The notes beneath the pieces were generated by a model. That model was given only the letters and a program-made list of their open reading frames with translations, ran no database searches and was not told the DNA's origin. From Octopus vulgaris (Eukaryota): a stretch of DNA of 64,000 bases. The stretch is taken from contig OX597816.1 in assembly GCA_951406725.2 (NCBI GenBank), forward strand, positions 104,842,001 to 104,906,000, written 5' to 3'. Made by a program: the position numbers and the translations under genes. Shown here piece by piece: positions 1 to 12,975 of this stretch (positions within the stretch are counted from its first letter, which is position 1; every line of letters starts with the position of its first letter).

Positions 1-300
1 ATGGCTTAGTGGCTCACGATCGCAAGGTCATGAGTTCAATTCCCGGCGACGCGTTATATCCTTGAGCAAGACACTTTATTTCACATTGCTCCAGTCAACT
101 CAACTGGCAAAAATGAGTAGTACCTTTATTTCAAAGGACTAGCCTTGTCACATTCTGTGTCTCGTTGAATCTCCCTGAGAACTACGTTGTGGAGTATATG
201 TGTTTGTGGAGTGGTCAGCCACTTGCACGTTAATTTCATGAGCAAGCTGTTCCGTAGGTCGGGTCAACTGGGGGCCATCGTCGTCGTAACCGTCAGAGTG
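1..300 (+). mobile_element. tRNA-derived SINE, family A (starts at window edge)
   Basis: A-box-like TGGCTTAGTGG and B-box-like GAGTTCAATTCCC, then body CCTTGAGCAAGACACTTTATTTCAC...; colinear with the copy at 35904-36222. Confidence 0.85.
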
Positions 301-1319
301 CTTGTTTAAAGTGCAACACAACAAAAGTGCCCTTAACTATACGTGAAAGCAACTTCAAAATTATATATTGTGGTTGCCAAAACTACATCATGTACAATAC
401 ACCTAATTACAATGCATTCCAGCTCGCATATTTGTCAAGATAGATCTGCTGAAACAGATCAGGGGGAAGCTACTCCAAAATATTTGAAACGATCACACAC
501 TTCTTCTTTCAACAATTTCTCTCGGTGTGCAATGCTATACAGATTACTTTGAATTGTGTAAGTGGCACACATCTCAATAACTAATTCGTCCAAATTGGTA
601 ACAGCATTAACGTGCCACCAGTCTCATTCACTGTCAGAAAATCTTTTATTTATCCCATTTCACTAAATCTAATTACTACGAATAAGCAGTACAAACAAAC
701 CATTCTATCAAAGATTTTATCCCAAGAAAGAAACAATATATTATAAAGATTTATTTGAATCAAAGAAGACTTTCAAGAAAATATTTGAATTGAGACTCAG
801 TAAATAACCCGGTTCGAAAATTTGAGATATTCATTTTTCTTTTGTTTGATTTTTTTTTTTTTTTTGTAATAAAATTATTGTGAGTTTGTTGCTGCTGCTG
901 ATGTTATTGCTGTTATCGTTGCTGTAATTGCTGATAATGGTGATGTTTTGTCGACGTTGTCGTTATAGTTTTGTTGATGTTGATTTTGTTGTTGCTTGTT
1001 TTTGAGGATGTTGTTATTGTCGTTGTTCCTGTCAAAAACAGGCATCTAAACGACGAATATCGCTAATCCTTTTTTGGTTGTTTTTTGTTTGTTTTGTTTT
1101 CAAGTTTAGTGTATCTTGGACTGTGATCTTCCATTTTCGAGCTGTATGATGTAGGTTGAAGGTTAATTGACTACTAGTTACAAAAGATCGAGTGATCACA
1201 TGGAACCTTCTCCTCTAACACGAATACCGGGGATCGAGCATTAGCTTGTGTAAATAATGTTATACATTTTCGATGTATTGTTCCAACAAAAATAAAACTG
1301 TTTTCAGCAAATAACCGTG

Positions 1320-1790
1320 CTGTGTTTTTGTTCTGCACAAAAAGACATTTACTGAACAGGAATATTTAACCTGGTGTAATTTTAAAACAATAAAACGTTC
1401 TTTTAGAAAACCCAAGTTAGTCTAATTAAGTACCAAACAATACAATAAGATCTCAATATGTTCCCAATTTTTTCCGGCCATTTATTCATCACATTCAATC
1501 CCGTTAAACCATTTTCCGATAATCACATTCTCTTTTCCGCCACTTTCTTCAACTCTTAGATTGTGTAAAGGTTCCCATATTTCATCTATACATGACAATG
1601 TACAATTTGGTAGCATATAATAATAGCCAAATACAAACGGAAACAGCGGTATCACGCTCGTTTATTTGAAAAAGAGTCAAGTAAAGAACCCAACAGATAA
1701 TTACATATTGAAAATAGAGTTGTTCTAGCAGTAGGTGGAAACTTTGAGCATCATTTTGAACGAAGGTTTTATATTTTCTTGCATAATTGT
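1320..1790 (-). mobile_element. Decayed Tc1/mariner (DD37D/maT-like) transposase relic
   Basis: Minus-strand peptides YYMLPN..EIWEPLHNLRV..IGKW, KWPEK.. and LGFLKERF resemble the YxxML...WIG...WPPRSPDL...LWGxLK region. A plus-strand GGNFEHH at ~1735-1755 resembles the GGHFE C-terminus. Heavily degenerate. Confidence 0.35.
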
Positions 1791-3260
1791 TTTACTGCCG
1801 TTGCTCATTTGACAGGAATACTTTATCATATCGCTCTCCATAGGAATACATCAAAAGACATTTGAAATCTTAGAAAAACAAATATTAGCGACATGAAGTC
1901 GATATTATTGATTTACTGAATGCTATAAAATATGAAACCTTATAGCAATCATAGTTTTACAATTATTGTCAATAAGTTTCTTTCCTAGCTGTTTACTTTT
2001 CACTTCTTCAAGTCAGTCCAAGAAGAAAAAGTAAATAAACCACAAGATAACTCAGCTAAACGCTATGGAAACCATAAAACTTTACTGAAAAGATCAGTAA
2101 AACATTTCTGACTGAACGACAGCTAACCAACTATCGACCATGATAAAATAGAAAGCAAGTGCTCGTCGTTTCAACAGATGTTAGCTGTTAAATGTATGTA
2201 CACAAGTGTTCATTTTTATTGAATTTCTATAAAACTATTAGTATAAAAATTGAATGGTTTGTTTTGCAAAATATTACTGAAATAATTGCAACCTGAATAA
2301 TATCCACCTGGAAGCAATCTTATGGAGGAAGACCTACAATATCAAAAATTTAATTATCAATTCACAATTTGAAGTTGCCACGAAATGGAAAAATTAAAGA
2401 ATGTTTTAAAAGAAGAATTTTAAAATGTTCCGTTAAGAAGTTAAATCGAGTCAAATAATTTATTTATAGGAAGAGTAATATGATAATTTATTCATGTTAA
2501 ATTACATTTTAAGTATATTTATCTATTTCTTTTAACCTATCTTTATTTAGAAGTGGAACAAATTTATCTCCTAAAGTGTTTCACATTAAGCAGCTCAGCA
2601 ACAGTTTATTCGAGGTTGAGAATAAAATTGTAGTGCTGACGTTTATAATATGCACTTCTAGAATTCGATTTAATCACTTTTATTGAATAATTCCTATATC
2701 TTCTAACGATTTTAAACTTATCGGTTTCGCGTTGGTATTGATTAGAATATTTGCGAGTGATTTATTTCTCTAGTTACTCAATATATTTATCATTATGCCC
2801 GCCTATCTTCTCACTGTCTAAATAAATATGTTGTAAGATATGAAAATACTGGGACTAGTTATCGTATTTAGTCACTAACTACGTCTATGGCAGTTTAGAG
2901 TTCTATATAACGTACAATACACTAACATAAAATATACTAACGCACCAGTTTCTTTCTCGAGTAGTAGTACACGGGTGTACAGAATTGACATTGTGAGTCC
3001 TAAGTTGTTTCATTATTGAAATTTATTGCCGTAAAAAAATATTTGAAAGCATTAAAAGAAAGAGCGTTTTAAAATAACTAAAAGTCCATAGCAACTAATA
3101 GCGCTAGCTTTCGCTAGTTATTTTCTTTTGTTATTAATAGAGAAGTATGACTGAGGAATAAGTTAAATGGTATGGAGCCGGAAAATAAATACATTAAGCA
3201 CTTCTCCTCCTGTTGACGTGGCTACCATATATATATGGAGTGGCTCTACCATATATATAT

Positions 3261-3655
3261 GGAGTGGCTGAGTGGTAAGTAGCTTGCTTACGAATCACAT
3301 GGTTTGGGGCTCATTCCCACTGCGTGGTACCTTGGGCAAGTGTCTTCTAGTATAGCCTCGGGCCGACCAAAGCCTTGTGAGTGGATTTGGAAGACGGAAA
3401 CTGAAAGAAGCCTGTCGTATATGTGTGTGTATATGCTTGTGTGTCTGTGATTGTCCCCCAACATCGCTTGACAACAGATTTTAGTGTTTTTACGTCCCGT
3501 AACTTAGCGGTTCGGCAAAAGAGATCGATAGAATAAGTACTAGGTATACAAAGAATAAGTCCTAGGGACGATTTGCTCGACTAAAGGTGGTGCTCTAACA
3601 TGGCCGCAGTCAAATGACTGAAACGAGTAAAAGATTCAAAAGAGAGCAAAGAGTA
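3261..3655 (+). mobile_element. tRNA-derived SINE, family B
   Basis: Head GGAGTGGCTGAGTGGTAAGTAGCTTGCTT, CCTTGGGCAAGTGTCTTC, internal TG/TA tract, tail ...GACTGAAACGAGTAAAAGA; many copies in this window. Confidence 0.9.
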
Positions 3656-3668
3656 TATAAATAAATAA

Positions 3669-3719
<51 letters not shown>

Positions 3720-3726
3720 CATATAT

Positions 3727-3822
<96 letters not shown>

Positions 3823-3830
3823 TGTATATA
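3656..3830. repeat. (TA)n microsatellite
   Basis: Direct sequence. Confidence 0.97.
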
Positions 3831-4965
3831 ATTTACCTCATTGAATCTATAATGGTCGCTTGAGAAGTTTACGATCTCTCAACTGTAACCTCTAGCTTTA
3901 CTCAACTATCTAAGTAGGCCTGCAAAAGGAATCAACAAACATTGTTGCCAGAAACACTTACAGAAGCAAATCAAAAATTCCAGTCTATTGCAATAAGATC
4001 ACTGATAATTTCGTTTTTGTATTTGGTTTGTAAGATTCTTGATGTGAATTCGTGTGTTGATACACAAATTCTTGTTGTTGTGTCTTAGTGTCATTACACA
4101 ATAATTATATATCACATACTCCGTCCAACATCATTTTTTTATTGTTAGTTAACTGGTTAAATAGCTAAACATCTAACTAAACGGTTGCGACTTTTTTAAT
4201 ATCTTGGCCTCTCTCTTCAAGGGCTGCCTTGATTCCGTCCGAGAATTAGTCTTACGCCTTTGTGTAAGTATGCCTGTATGTACGTAGATGTGTTTTTGCT
4301 TAGAAAAGAAGGTAATGGCGAGAGTAAAAAGAGTGTATGTTTGTATGAGCAGGTGCGTGTCCACGTGGCTGTGTGTTACACTCGCATGACTGCTTATATA
4401 TGTGTTTTTTGTGAGGGTGTGTGCTTTAGTCATCCGTAACGTTTTACGAGTTCAGCCTTTTGTTCAAGGTCAGTTCTGTCTCAGATATGCTGGGATTCGC
4501 TTGTCGCCCCGTAAAGATTTATGGGTGTAATTTGTTATTTGAGGAGGCAGAGAAGGGTGGGAGGACAAGATGTGTGTGTATATGAGAGAGAGATAGAGAG
4601 AGAGAGCATCTGCGCGCACCCGTGTCTGTGTGTGTGTGCGTGAGTGTGTGGTGTAGTGTGCATGTTTGTTGGTTAGATGGTTCTCTGAGCGACTGTGTAT
4701 GTTCGCATGTGTGAGTATTTACATATGTGAATACATTCCAGTAAGTGTGTGTACGTATCTGCGTGCTTGCAGAGGTTGCGAATAGCGATGAAAGGTCTTT
4801 GACTAACAATCGACTGATTGCTTAACCAGCACTTTAAACAAACGTCGATTAGTTAGTTGGTTGGATATTTAACCAATTGATAAATATTAAAGACGTGATA
4901 TTAAACCAGTGCGTGTGCAATTATTATTGGTATAATATTCCTCTCAAGACACAAACAAAATTATC

Positions 4966-5177
4966 GATTTCCAATTTTGGCACAAGACCAGCAATTTCGG
5001 GGGAATGGGTAAGTCGATTACATCGACCTCAGTTGTTCAACTGGTTCTTATTTTATCAAAACCGAAAGGATGAAAGGCAAAGTCAATCTCGGTGGAATTT
5101 TTACTCTGAGCATAAAGATGGAGGAAATGCTAAGCATTTTACTCGGGGCGATATCCATTCTGCCAGTCTGCCACCTT
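4966..5177 (-). mobile_element. tRNA-derived SINE, family C
   Basis: AGTCGATTACATCGACC...GAAAGGATGAAAGGCAAAGTC...ATTCTGCCAG matches the intact copy at 53582-53813. Confidence 0.85.
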
Positions 5178-5199
5178 AATAAAATTATCGATAATAACC

Positions 5200-5480
5200 A
5201 TATTTTTTATTTGCTCACAAGAGTAACAGATAACGGGACCTTCGAAGGGCAAATTACAAAAATGATTGATGCAGAATCAATTATTAAAGTAAAACAAGCA
5301 TAGACAACAATAGTTAAAAAATAAATTAAATGAGAAACAAGGAACAGCCATATATGGACAATAGAACCCATACACCCATTATTACCTTGGCTACCAGACA
5401 TTTTCTCTGGTTTAGAGATGCAAGCTGACAACACCATATCAACAAAATCGCTGGAGGAAAAAATTCTCTCCCTAATCTCA
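5200..5480 (+). mobile_element. Decayed R4/Dong LINE fragment (region upstream of the CCHC motif)
   Basis: Degenerate similarity to the WxxKxLHG...WL...LKAETEG..AAQ segment of the 45.5-48.1 kb element. Confidence 0.4.
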
Positions 5481-5639
5481 CTTTCTTTCCAAGTGGAGAT
5501 TCAAACATACAGGAGCTCGGCAAAATGGAAAAGTATCAATACTCTGTTCCTTTAGTGCCGTGCATTATACAGCTTTTTGAGATAGCCTTCAAACAGGTAG
5601 GAAATCTCTCCTAACACGACCAAAGGAAAGAGTAGGGCA

Positions 5640-5855
5640 AATTGGTTTCAAATTTTGGCACAAGACCAGCATCATCGGGGAGGGTGAAAGTCGATTACAT
5701 CGACCTCCAGTACTCAACTGGAATTTATTTTATCGACCCCTAAATGATGCAAGGTAAAGTCAACCTCGCGGAATTTGAACTCAGAACAAGAAGACAGACA
5801 AAATGCTGCCGAGCATTTGGCTTGGCGTGTTTACGATTCTGCCAGCTTGCCGCCT
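5640..5855 (-). mobile_element. SINE family C
   Basis: Same diagnostic motifs as 53582-53813. Confidence 0.85.
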
Positions 5856-5879
5856 AAGTCAAATACATATTAAGAAAAA

Positions 5880-6300
5880 AAAAAGCCTACCAATTACAGG
5901 TTAAAGAGAGAAGCGTGTCTAAGCATAACATGGATTGATTATAAGAAATCCTTTGACGTGTTTCCTACGCATCGATCATGAAAACACATGTCATGAGTAA
6001 CATAGCCTTAATAAATAGGTACACGAAACATATCGTAACAAATGACAAGTAATTTTATAGATAGAAACAAATTAAATACCAAAGTATATTATCTCTATAA
6101 AGAGGGAATTTCTATCCATCTTCTTTTACGTAGCGTTATACCATTAACCAACACGTTACATCAGACTAGTGTCCGATACACATTCCATAGTAAGATAATC
6201 TTTTGTTACACGGGCAATCTCATTTGCACGCTACAGGTGAAAAACAACTGGAAATACTGCTACAGCAGTACACTTGTTGCAAAGATTCATAAAACTCAAT
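5880..6300 (+). mobile_element. Decayed R4/Dong LINE RT fragment
   Basis: TGGATTGATTATAAGAAATCCTTTGAC = WIDYKKSFD (cf. WIDYKKAFD at ~46205); downstream remnants follow the RT order with stops and frameshifts. Confidence 0.6.
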
Positions 6301-6677
6301 GTAGAAAAATATGCATGTACATATGTCATTGTTCAGTTTTATTTCAAAATTTCTTGCCTATAGAGAAAGAGCCGGTTTTTAACGTAGATCCAAGGCCTCT
6401 TCATTAGATTTTCAGCATCAACAACAGGGAATTTTTGTTTGTATATATATGTATGCATGTATGTATATGTGCAGATTTGTGTTTTGCTTTATGTATGTAT
6501 TCTCATGCATATAGTTACATATCTAGACATGCACATATATATCTAAATGATAAACTTCTGGAAAGTTTTACAGATTTTTACAGTTCCAATGAGGGATCGG
6601 ATCTCTATGTATGTATTTGAAAATGTGTATCTATGCTTATTGCTTTCTGTGCAATCTGATTGCAATAGCTACACATA

Positions 6678-6770
6678 GGCACAGGAGTGGCTGTGCGGTA
6701 AGTAGCTTGCTTACCAACCTCATGGTTCCGGGTTCAGTCCCACTGCGTGGAACCTTCGACAAATGTCTTC
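6678..6770 (+). mobile_element. SINE family B, 5' head only
   Basis: GGCACAGGAGTGGCTGTGCGGTAAGTAGCTTGC...AAATGTCTTC, then an abrupt switch to PLE sequence. Confidence 0.85.
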
Positions 6771-7120
6771 CTTGTGGTATAGAGGTTTACCACATCAAAA
6801 GATATAATAGTGGTATCATTGTCTATAGATTTTGGGAGGTTGTTTAATAAGTCCAGGTCGTCCCTCATAAGAGTGAGTATGTATTTTAAAATAAGTTCCA
6901 GTAATATATCTAAAACGTTACTGAGTCTGTGTGTTTCATAGTTCGAGCCTGCAACGATTGGTCTAAATTTAGGGTTGGTGAGATATTGCATGTTTATGCA
7001 ACTTGAGGTTGGTTTTTTTATTTGCATTTTTAATAGTTTAATTCTTATGGATCTTTGGAGACCGTAGAAGTAGCTAGTCTTGCAATCAAAATGGGTTAGG
7101 TAGTCACATTCTTTGTTTGT
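6771..7120 (-). mobile_element. Penelope-like element reverse transcriptase fragment
   Basis: ORF 6734-7027: KFRPIVAGSNYETHRLSNVLDILL...RDDLDLLNNLP...IISFDVVNLYT, the typical PLE RT motifs RPIV and SFDVxNLYT; FYGL upstream. Confidence 0.9.
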
Positions 7121-7139
7121 TAAACCTTTTTGATGTCTG

Positions 7140-7540
7140 GGAAAAATATACTGTCACATGACACTATCGCACGGACGTAGCGGGAAACGTACAAAAGGTT
7201 CTCACGCGTTTTCTCTACAAATACTTGACAGAAAACATTCAGAGCATTGATTGTTTGGACATGTTCAGTTAACCGTGTGAACCTTAACTTACGATACCAA
7301 ACATCGTCACTTGATACTAACATACGGATGTAACGGGGAAGCTACAAAAATTTCTAAGACCAGTCTCTACCAATCAAATCCTGTTCAAAACATGTACTAA
7401 TTCCAAACACAAGTCAGAAGCAAGACAGCTACGACATAAGCTACGTCTTTCTACTTCATCTGTGAAACCGAAAAGTTTTTAAATATATTAATAGAAAAAT
7501 AATTTAAATACTCTCAGTTCATTTTCATCCTTCTATTTTT
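7140..7540 (+). mobile_element. Probable continuation of the PLE RT in the opposite orientation, plus terminal remnant
   Basis: Degenerate DTIARTxA...FLYKYLTEN...KLQKF resembles the GTxxAPTYA...LY...RYLDD...KLxxF region. Confidence 0.4.
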
Positions 7541-9124
7541 CTATATATATATATGCATTTGTGTGTGTACACGTACACACGTATATACGTATGACAATGG
7601 ATTATATATAGTAAAAAGGCTTCTACTATTTTGATTATTATGAACATAATTACAAACAATTGTAATGATCACGTAATTATTTTGGTACGAGGGACGCTAA
7701 TAACATTTATTCCACGAGCAATTTAAATTTTGCATATTCGGCAATATTTCGTACAATGATATGTTTAATGTACTCTTGAAATCAAGCTGATAAACCTCGT
7801 CAATGCAATGCGTCGGAGAAAGCCTAGAGTAGACTAAATAATTACATGTTGTTCTGCCGTGGAACGAGTCACAATTAGATAGTTACCATTGTCGACGGAA
7901 TCTTGCTCTGGCAAGTCCATTTATCTGTTATTTCTAACAGCTCTTTATAGTAACTGAGATTTGACAAACTATTGTTTGTATCTAACTAGACTGAGTAGAT
8001 ACTGCTTCAATTTTTCATTGTTCTTATTTTAATTCTGTGCTATATTATTTGAAGGAAATTTTAGTTGTTATTTCTAGCAAATCCAAATACCGTAAAGAGA
8101 ATTCTTTTTTGGCTCTACATCGAAAAATAATTCATTAATTCTTTGTACTGTATTCAGATCCGAAAACAACTTCAAATCTGCAATAGATTGATTTTATTCT
8201 CCCCTGAAACATGTTTCAGCATACTTCACCTCAAAATGCAAAGCGTCCTTTTGAGGTATGTGAAGTACACAAAAATATAGCTCAAGTTTGAATCGTTCAA
8301 TATTTCCACAATTCACTTGACTGTTATACTATACTAGTGCAGGGAACGGAAAATTTTCACTTAGTATATTCGCATAAACATTCTACATGTGAATGGATTT
8401 ATATTAGAAGGATATGAAATATTTCAAGTCCTATTTAGTCGATTTAATCACATGGACCGGCTAGAAATAAGGGAACACTTTAAAACATCAATTTTCATAT
8501 CCCTAATGTGAAGTGTATTGAAATACCACATACACACAAACGCATCAAATCAAAGTAAAACGCACAAACACTTATATTGATATATTCATGCATGTAAATA
8601 TATGAGCGCGTATATGAGTGTATGTATATTACTTTAGAGATTACAATAGTACACATAGCTGTTAGTTGAATGGTCCGAGTTATCAGTCGGTGCTGTAACA
8701 AACATGGCCATTCATTCCCTTCAAGCATTTGATAGAATTTCATCACCATAGCAGATATTTCCGGAAGGTTACCTAGCAACTAGTTATATGAGAATTTATT
8801 CACGTCACTTTGTTGTCGCCTTCTACTCTTTCTCTTCCATCAATTGAATTTGTGCTCTTTTAAATTTTCTTGGGATATTTAGATGAACAACCGTGCGCAC
8901 TACACAAATCTCGTAATAAAGAAATCTCAACAATACATCTAGACAGAATTATCTCAGACAAAAGTCATTCATCGCTTTACAATAAATATTAATATATTTT
9001 GCTCCATGCATGTTGTAATTGCATTGCTATATTACAAAATTTAATGAAGTTTAGCAAAGTGAGCGTCACATGTTCTCGTCTCTCTTAATATATTCGAGAT
9101 GACTCTTGATGCAGGAAACACATA

Positions 9125-9328
9125 TTGGTTCCAAATTTTGGCACAAGGCCAGCGTTTTCGGGGAGCGAGTAAATCGATTACATCGACCCAAATGTTCAAC
9201 TAATATTTATGTTATCGATCACGAAAGGGATGAAAAGCAAAGTCGACTTCGGTGGGATTTGAACGCAGAATGTTAAGTCGGACGAAATACCACTAAGCAT
9301 TTTGCCCGGTGGGCTAACGATTCTGCCA
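9125..9328 (-). mobile_element. SINE family C
   Basis: Diagnostic motifs shared with 53582-53813. Confidence 0.85.
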
Positions 9329-9654
9329 GGAAACACATATGAATTGACCATTTAAATTTCTAGCATGATAAAGATTTTAAATGTACATCTACGGTGGAGA
9401 ATCAACTCTACTAAAAACTAACTAAAACGTGGCGAAGTAACTTCAAGCAGAATTTAGGAAACAAATTAGATGGGATACAGAGTTTGGTTTGTAGCATTGC
9501 TTTCCAGAGTTAACTCAAACTGGAGACACCAAGATCACTATTACTTTCTTAACGAGTGTTCACAATGGTACAGAAAAGAAAAATTAGTACCACGATGTGA
9601 ACATTTCCTTTTTGGCCACTTTATCTAAACAGTGCAAACGACTTTAATACATGA

Positions 9655-9790
9655 ATTATACTTTTTATTGACTCCGAAGGAATAAAATAGAAAGTCGACT
9701 TCGATAGGATTTGAGCTCAAAGTGTAGAGAGCCGGAATCTATACCTCAAAATATTTCATCGAACAATACTATTCACTCAGCCAATTCGTC
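9655..9790 (-). mobile_element. SINE family C, degenerate
   Basis: AAAGTCGACTTCGATAGGATTTGAGCTC. Confidence 0.6.
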
Positions 9791-10839
9791 ACTTGTCAAT
9801 AAGATAAGTACCTGAAATATACTGAGGACAATCCTATCAAATATAACTTCTTGTTTTTCAAAACAAATTTCAGTTCATATGATACATTTGGTACACTAAA
9901 GATAGAGTAATGTCAACATTTAGATTTCTTGGACTGAAATTTAAGTCTTTTTTCACTTTTTTTCTTTTTCTCTAATTAACATCTCAGTAGCATAGAAAAC
10001 AGAATAGGGAAGAGTTGCTTGGATAATGCAAAATTGGGAAAATATGTGTCTTGTAGAAAATATATAACTTATTGTATTTTGATGGATATTCGATTTTAAT
10101 TAAGTTGGAGTTAATATTATATGATATGAGATTAAATTAAAGATCATTTTAATGAAATTTTATTGCAAAATCATTAAATGATTGTGAGAAATTAAGGTGC
10201 AGTTTTCCAACAAAATTTTTGATAAACATATACTACAGTTCCTTTCCGAAAATAGCTTTTCCAATCCATGTGAAAGCATGTTTGTACCACGTTAAGACAG
10301 AGTAAATTATGATATAGTCGTTGAATATGTTGAAAACATGCTCCACTTTCACTATGCAGCTAGCCTCATTTATATGCAAATTTCTAGTTTAAGCCTAAAG
10401 ACGCACATATTAGTGGAGATCCACAATAAATTGAATCAAACTCGGTATATAATTGCTGAACATGTTATCGATCCCAAAAAGTAAAATGCAAAGTGAATCT
10501 TCATGGTTTTTAAAACCAGATCATAAAGTACTCTTGTTCTTAATTAAAATGAATCAATACGATAGCGATATGAGAGTGTGGCATATTAGCAGAAATAGGT
10601 GATTGCTGCATCAAATGTTATGTGTTAAATTTTGTAATTCTACAAATTCTCCAGTGTCACTTTTCCTTTTCACTTGCCTGTGCTAACAAAGAAGTTAAAT
10701 GTGAAGAGCTTTATTGTGCATATGTGCAATGAAGTCAAGTACTTGATCTTTATGAACCAGATGGATTCGTGGATTGCTATCAACTCTCTAGACATTAAGG
10801 TGTACCAGAATATGAGTTATTTTATGTTAACCTATTTAG

Positions 10840-12790
10840 GACAGTGATAGTGTGACTACAACCAGAAATCTATTATGGGCAAATTCTCTTCGACCGACTA
10901 TAAGGTACTCAAGATCAAGAAGAAAAGATGTCGTAAAATTTTAATAAGTACCGAAACTTATTTTTTGTTGGTGAATTGTTTTTATGCGAATAGCCAAACA
11001 TGTTGCATTATCAGCGTCATATATTATTCTACAGCAAGAATGTCCCAATAATATGAATGTGTTGTAAACATAAGTATGCATTCCGAAATTGAACCGTTAG
11101 TAACTATTCTTTACACCGTTCCAAATATTTGTGCCCACCAATACTCTCTTGATTTTTGTAGAATCAAAACCAAACTCAGAGTTTTTTCTATGAGAATTTA
11201 TAGAATACATTGCGCCAATCGCCTCAAAAGCCAAGTTATAAATCAAAGACGTATATATCTGATTAGTTTATTAAGAAGAATAATAAGGTCTCACTTATAT
11301 TACTTCTGTTATTTTTCCCTAGATTCTGACACAGATAGCGACAGCTAGTTGCTTGAAAGAATGAGGCACCGATATATTTGTGGCAGCAAAATGTAAAGAG
11401 ACTATTGTTAGAGAAAAATAATATTCTCTGTGTATTTCTAAATATCATTGCTAAATACTTCTGAAACTCCAATCAATGGATACTGAGATAATACATGAGC
11501 TTATCTGTAAAGTAACCTCCCCTGTCCAACTGATCAATGTTGACTGTATTGTTAATACATTTACGCTATGTGTGGCAACTGTATAAATCATGTGACAAAT
11601 CAACGGTCAAATCTCGTGTGTCATTATTGGAAATCGGTCCATTCCATATGTCGCCAACAAATAGCAATTCATCCAGACTAGTGTAAAAAGCACTGTAAAA
11701 AGTAGAATGGAAGAAATTTTCAAAACCGGAAAAATATTGTTGCGTTATATTATTAATCCCGACTAAAATCGGTATTCATTAATAATTCTTTTGGTGAATA
11801 TCAATACTGTTCTTCTACAGAATGCCATTCTGATTTAATATCAGAGTCACTTTATATTCTAGTAAATTCCAGTCAAATAGAAGAACACTTCTGGTTAATA
11901 TTTGTATATGTTCCAATGGAGAATAGTTCGGAAATCGATGAAGTTTATCCTATGTTCAATTGCTCAAATGCAAATGGACACAGTTGTTAGCTTTTCTAAA
12001 GAAAACTGTTCGAAGAAATTTGGCAAAGCTTTTTATTAGAATGTTATGTTAGGTTTCTTCTTCCCCGAGGATGACTTAGTAATCACTAATGACAATGTTC
12101 TTAGATTAACAGATAAATTATGTATAGAAAGGAAAATGTAACTATCAGCGTATTTTACTTCAAGATACTGTGGTAGGATAATTCTGTGAAACTCCGTCCA
12201 GGAATTTAGGGATTAGGCTTGCCACTTGAGACATAAAATGTGAATACATTTTAATAGTAATATTGAATATTTGTTTGGAATAGGTATAGTTGAATTAAAA
12301 GGCACAGTATATTATCAGTATTTATATACCTCTCGCTGCAGCTAAATCGAGAAAATCTTACCCAGCGGATCGCATGGTAGATAGAAATGTATAATATCAA
12401 GGGCTATGTGAAATAGGACATGACAATCAAAGTAAGGGATACGGTGGCAACAAGGTAAAATGTAACTGTGAAAAATGTACAATAACGTGAGGAAACAACC
12501 AGCCAATACAGCTTTCAGCTGTGTAACTGATGCAACGTAAAATTTAACATGCTGCTAGAATTTATAGTGTTCTATTATTGTAGTTCAGAACTGTAAAATA
12601 TATTTCTGACAATTTAATACTGTAGTGTAGTGGAAATTTCAACGGGAACTGGACCCATAATGTACATTTTGCTCACTAGAGTACACACCCAGCAGGATTT
12701 CGATTACTATAACAGTGGCTATATTTGAGAATATTAGTTGCATAAGTGCACAATAATATAGTTATCCAAATGTTATAAAGATATGTTATT
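10840..12790 (+). pseudogene. Putative decayed Cys-rich extracellular-domain coding block (Methuselah-like/adhesion GPCR-type ectodomain)
   Basis: Non-repetitive, higher-complexity DNA. Broken-frame peptides: KKRC...NCFY..QTCC...QQECP; ASCLKE*GTDIFVAAKC; ICKVTSPV...NTF/YAMCGN; LCN*CNVKFN-CC; IFENISC. Many stops and frameshifts. Confidence 0.3.
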
Positions 12791-12818
12791 AAAAAGTTTG
12801 ATTATAAAAATGCGGCTA

Positions 12819-12975
12819 AGGCGGTCAGCTGACAATATCGTCAGCACGCTGGCCAAAATGTCTAGCGGCATTTCGTCCGTCTTTACGTTCTGAGTTCACC
12901 TTCCGGAGAAATCGATTATACCTTTCATCCTTTCGGGGTCGATAAAATAAGTACCCTGTGCCAAAACTCGAAACC
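12819..12975 (+). mobile_element. SINE family C
   Basis: AGGCGGTCAGCTGAC...TACGTTCTGAGTTCA...CCTTTCATCCTTTCGGGGTCGATAAAATAAGTACC. Confidence 0.85.

Noticed and set aside
8158-8255. Exon-like segment (tattcag|...GAG|gtatgt) with one open frame
   Set aside because: Splice-like signals arise often by chance in AT-rich DNA and no protein motif is recognisable; it could belong to the putative pseudogene but this is unsupported.
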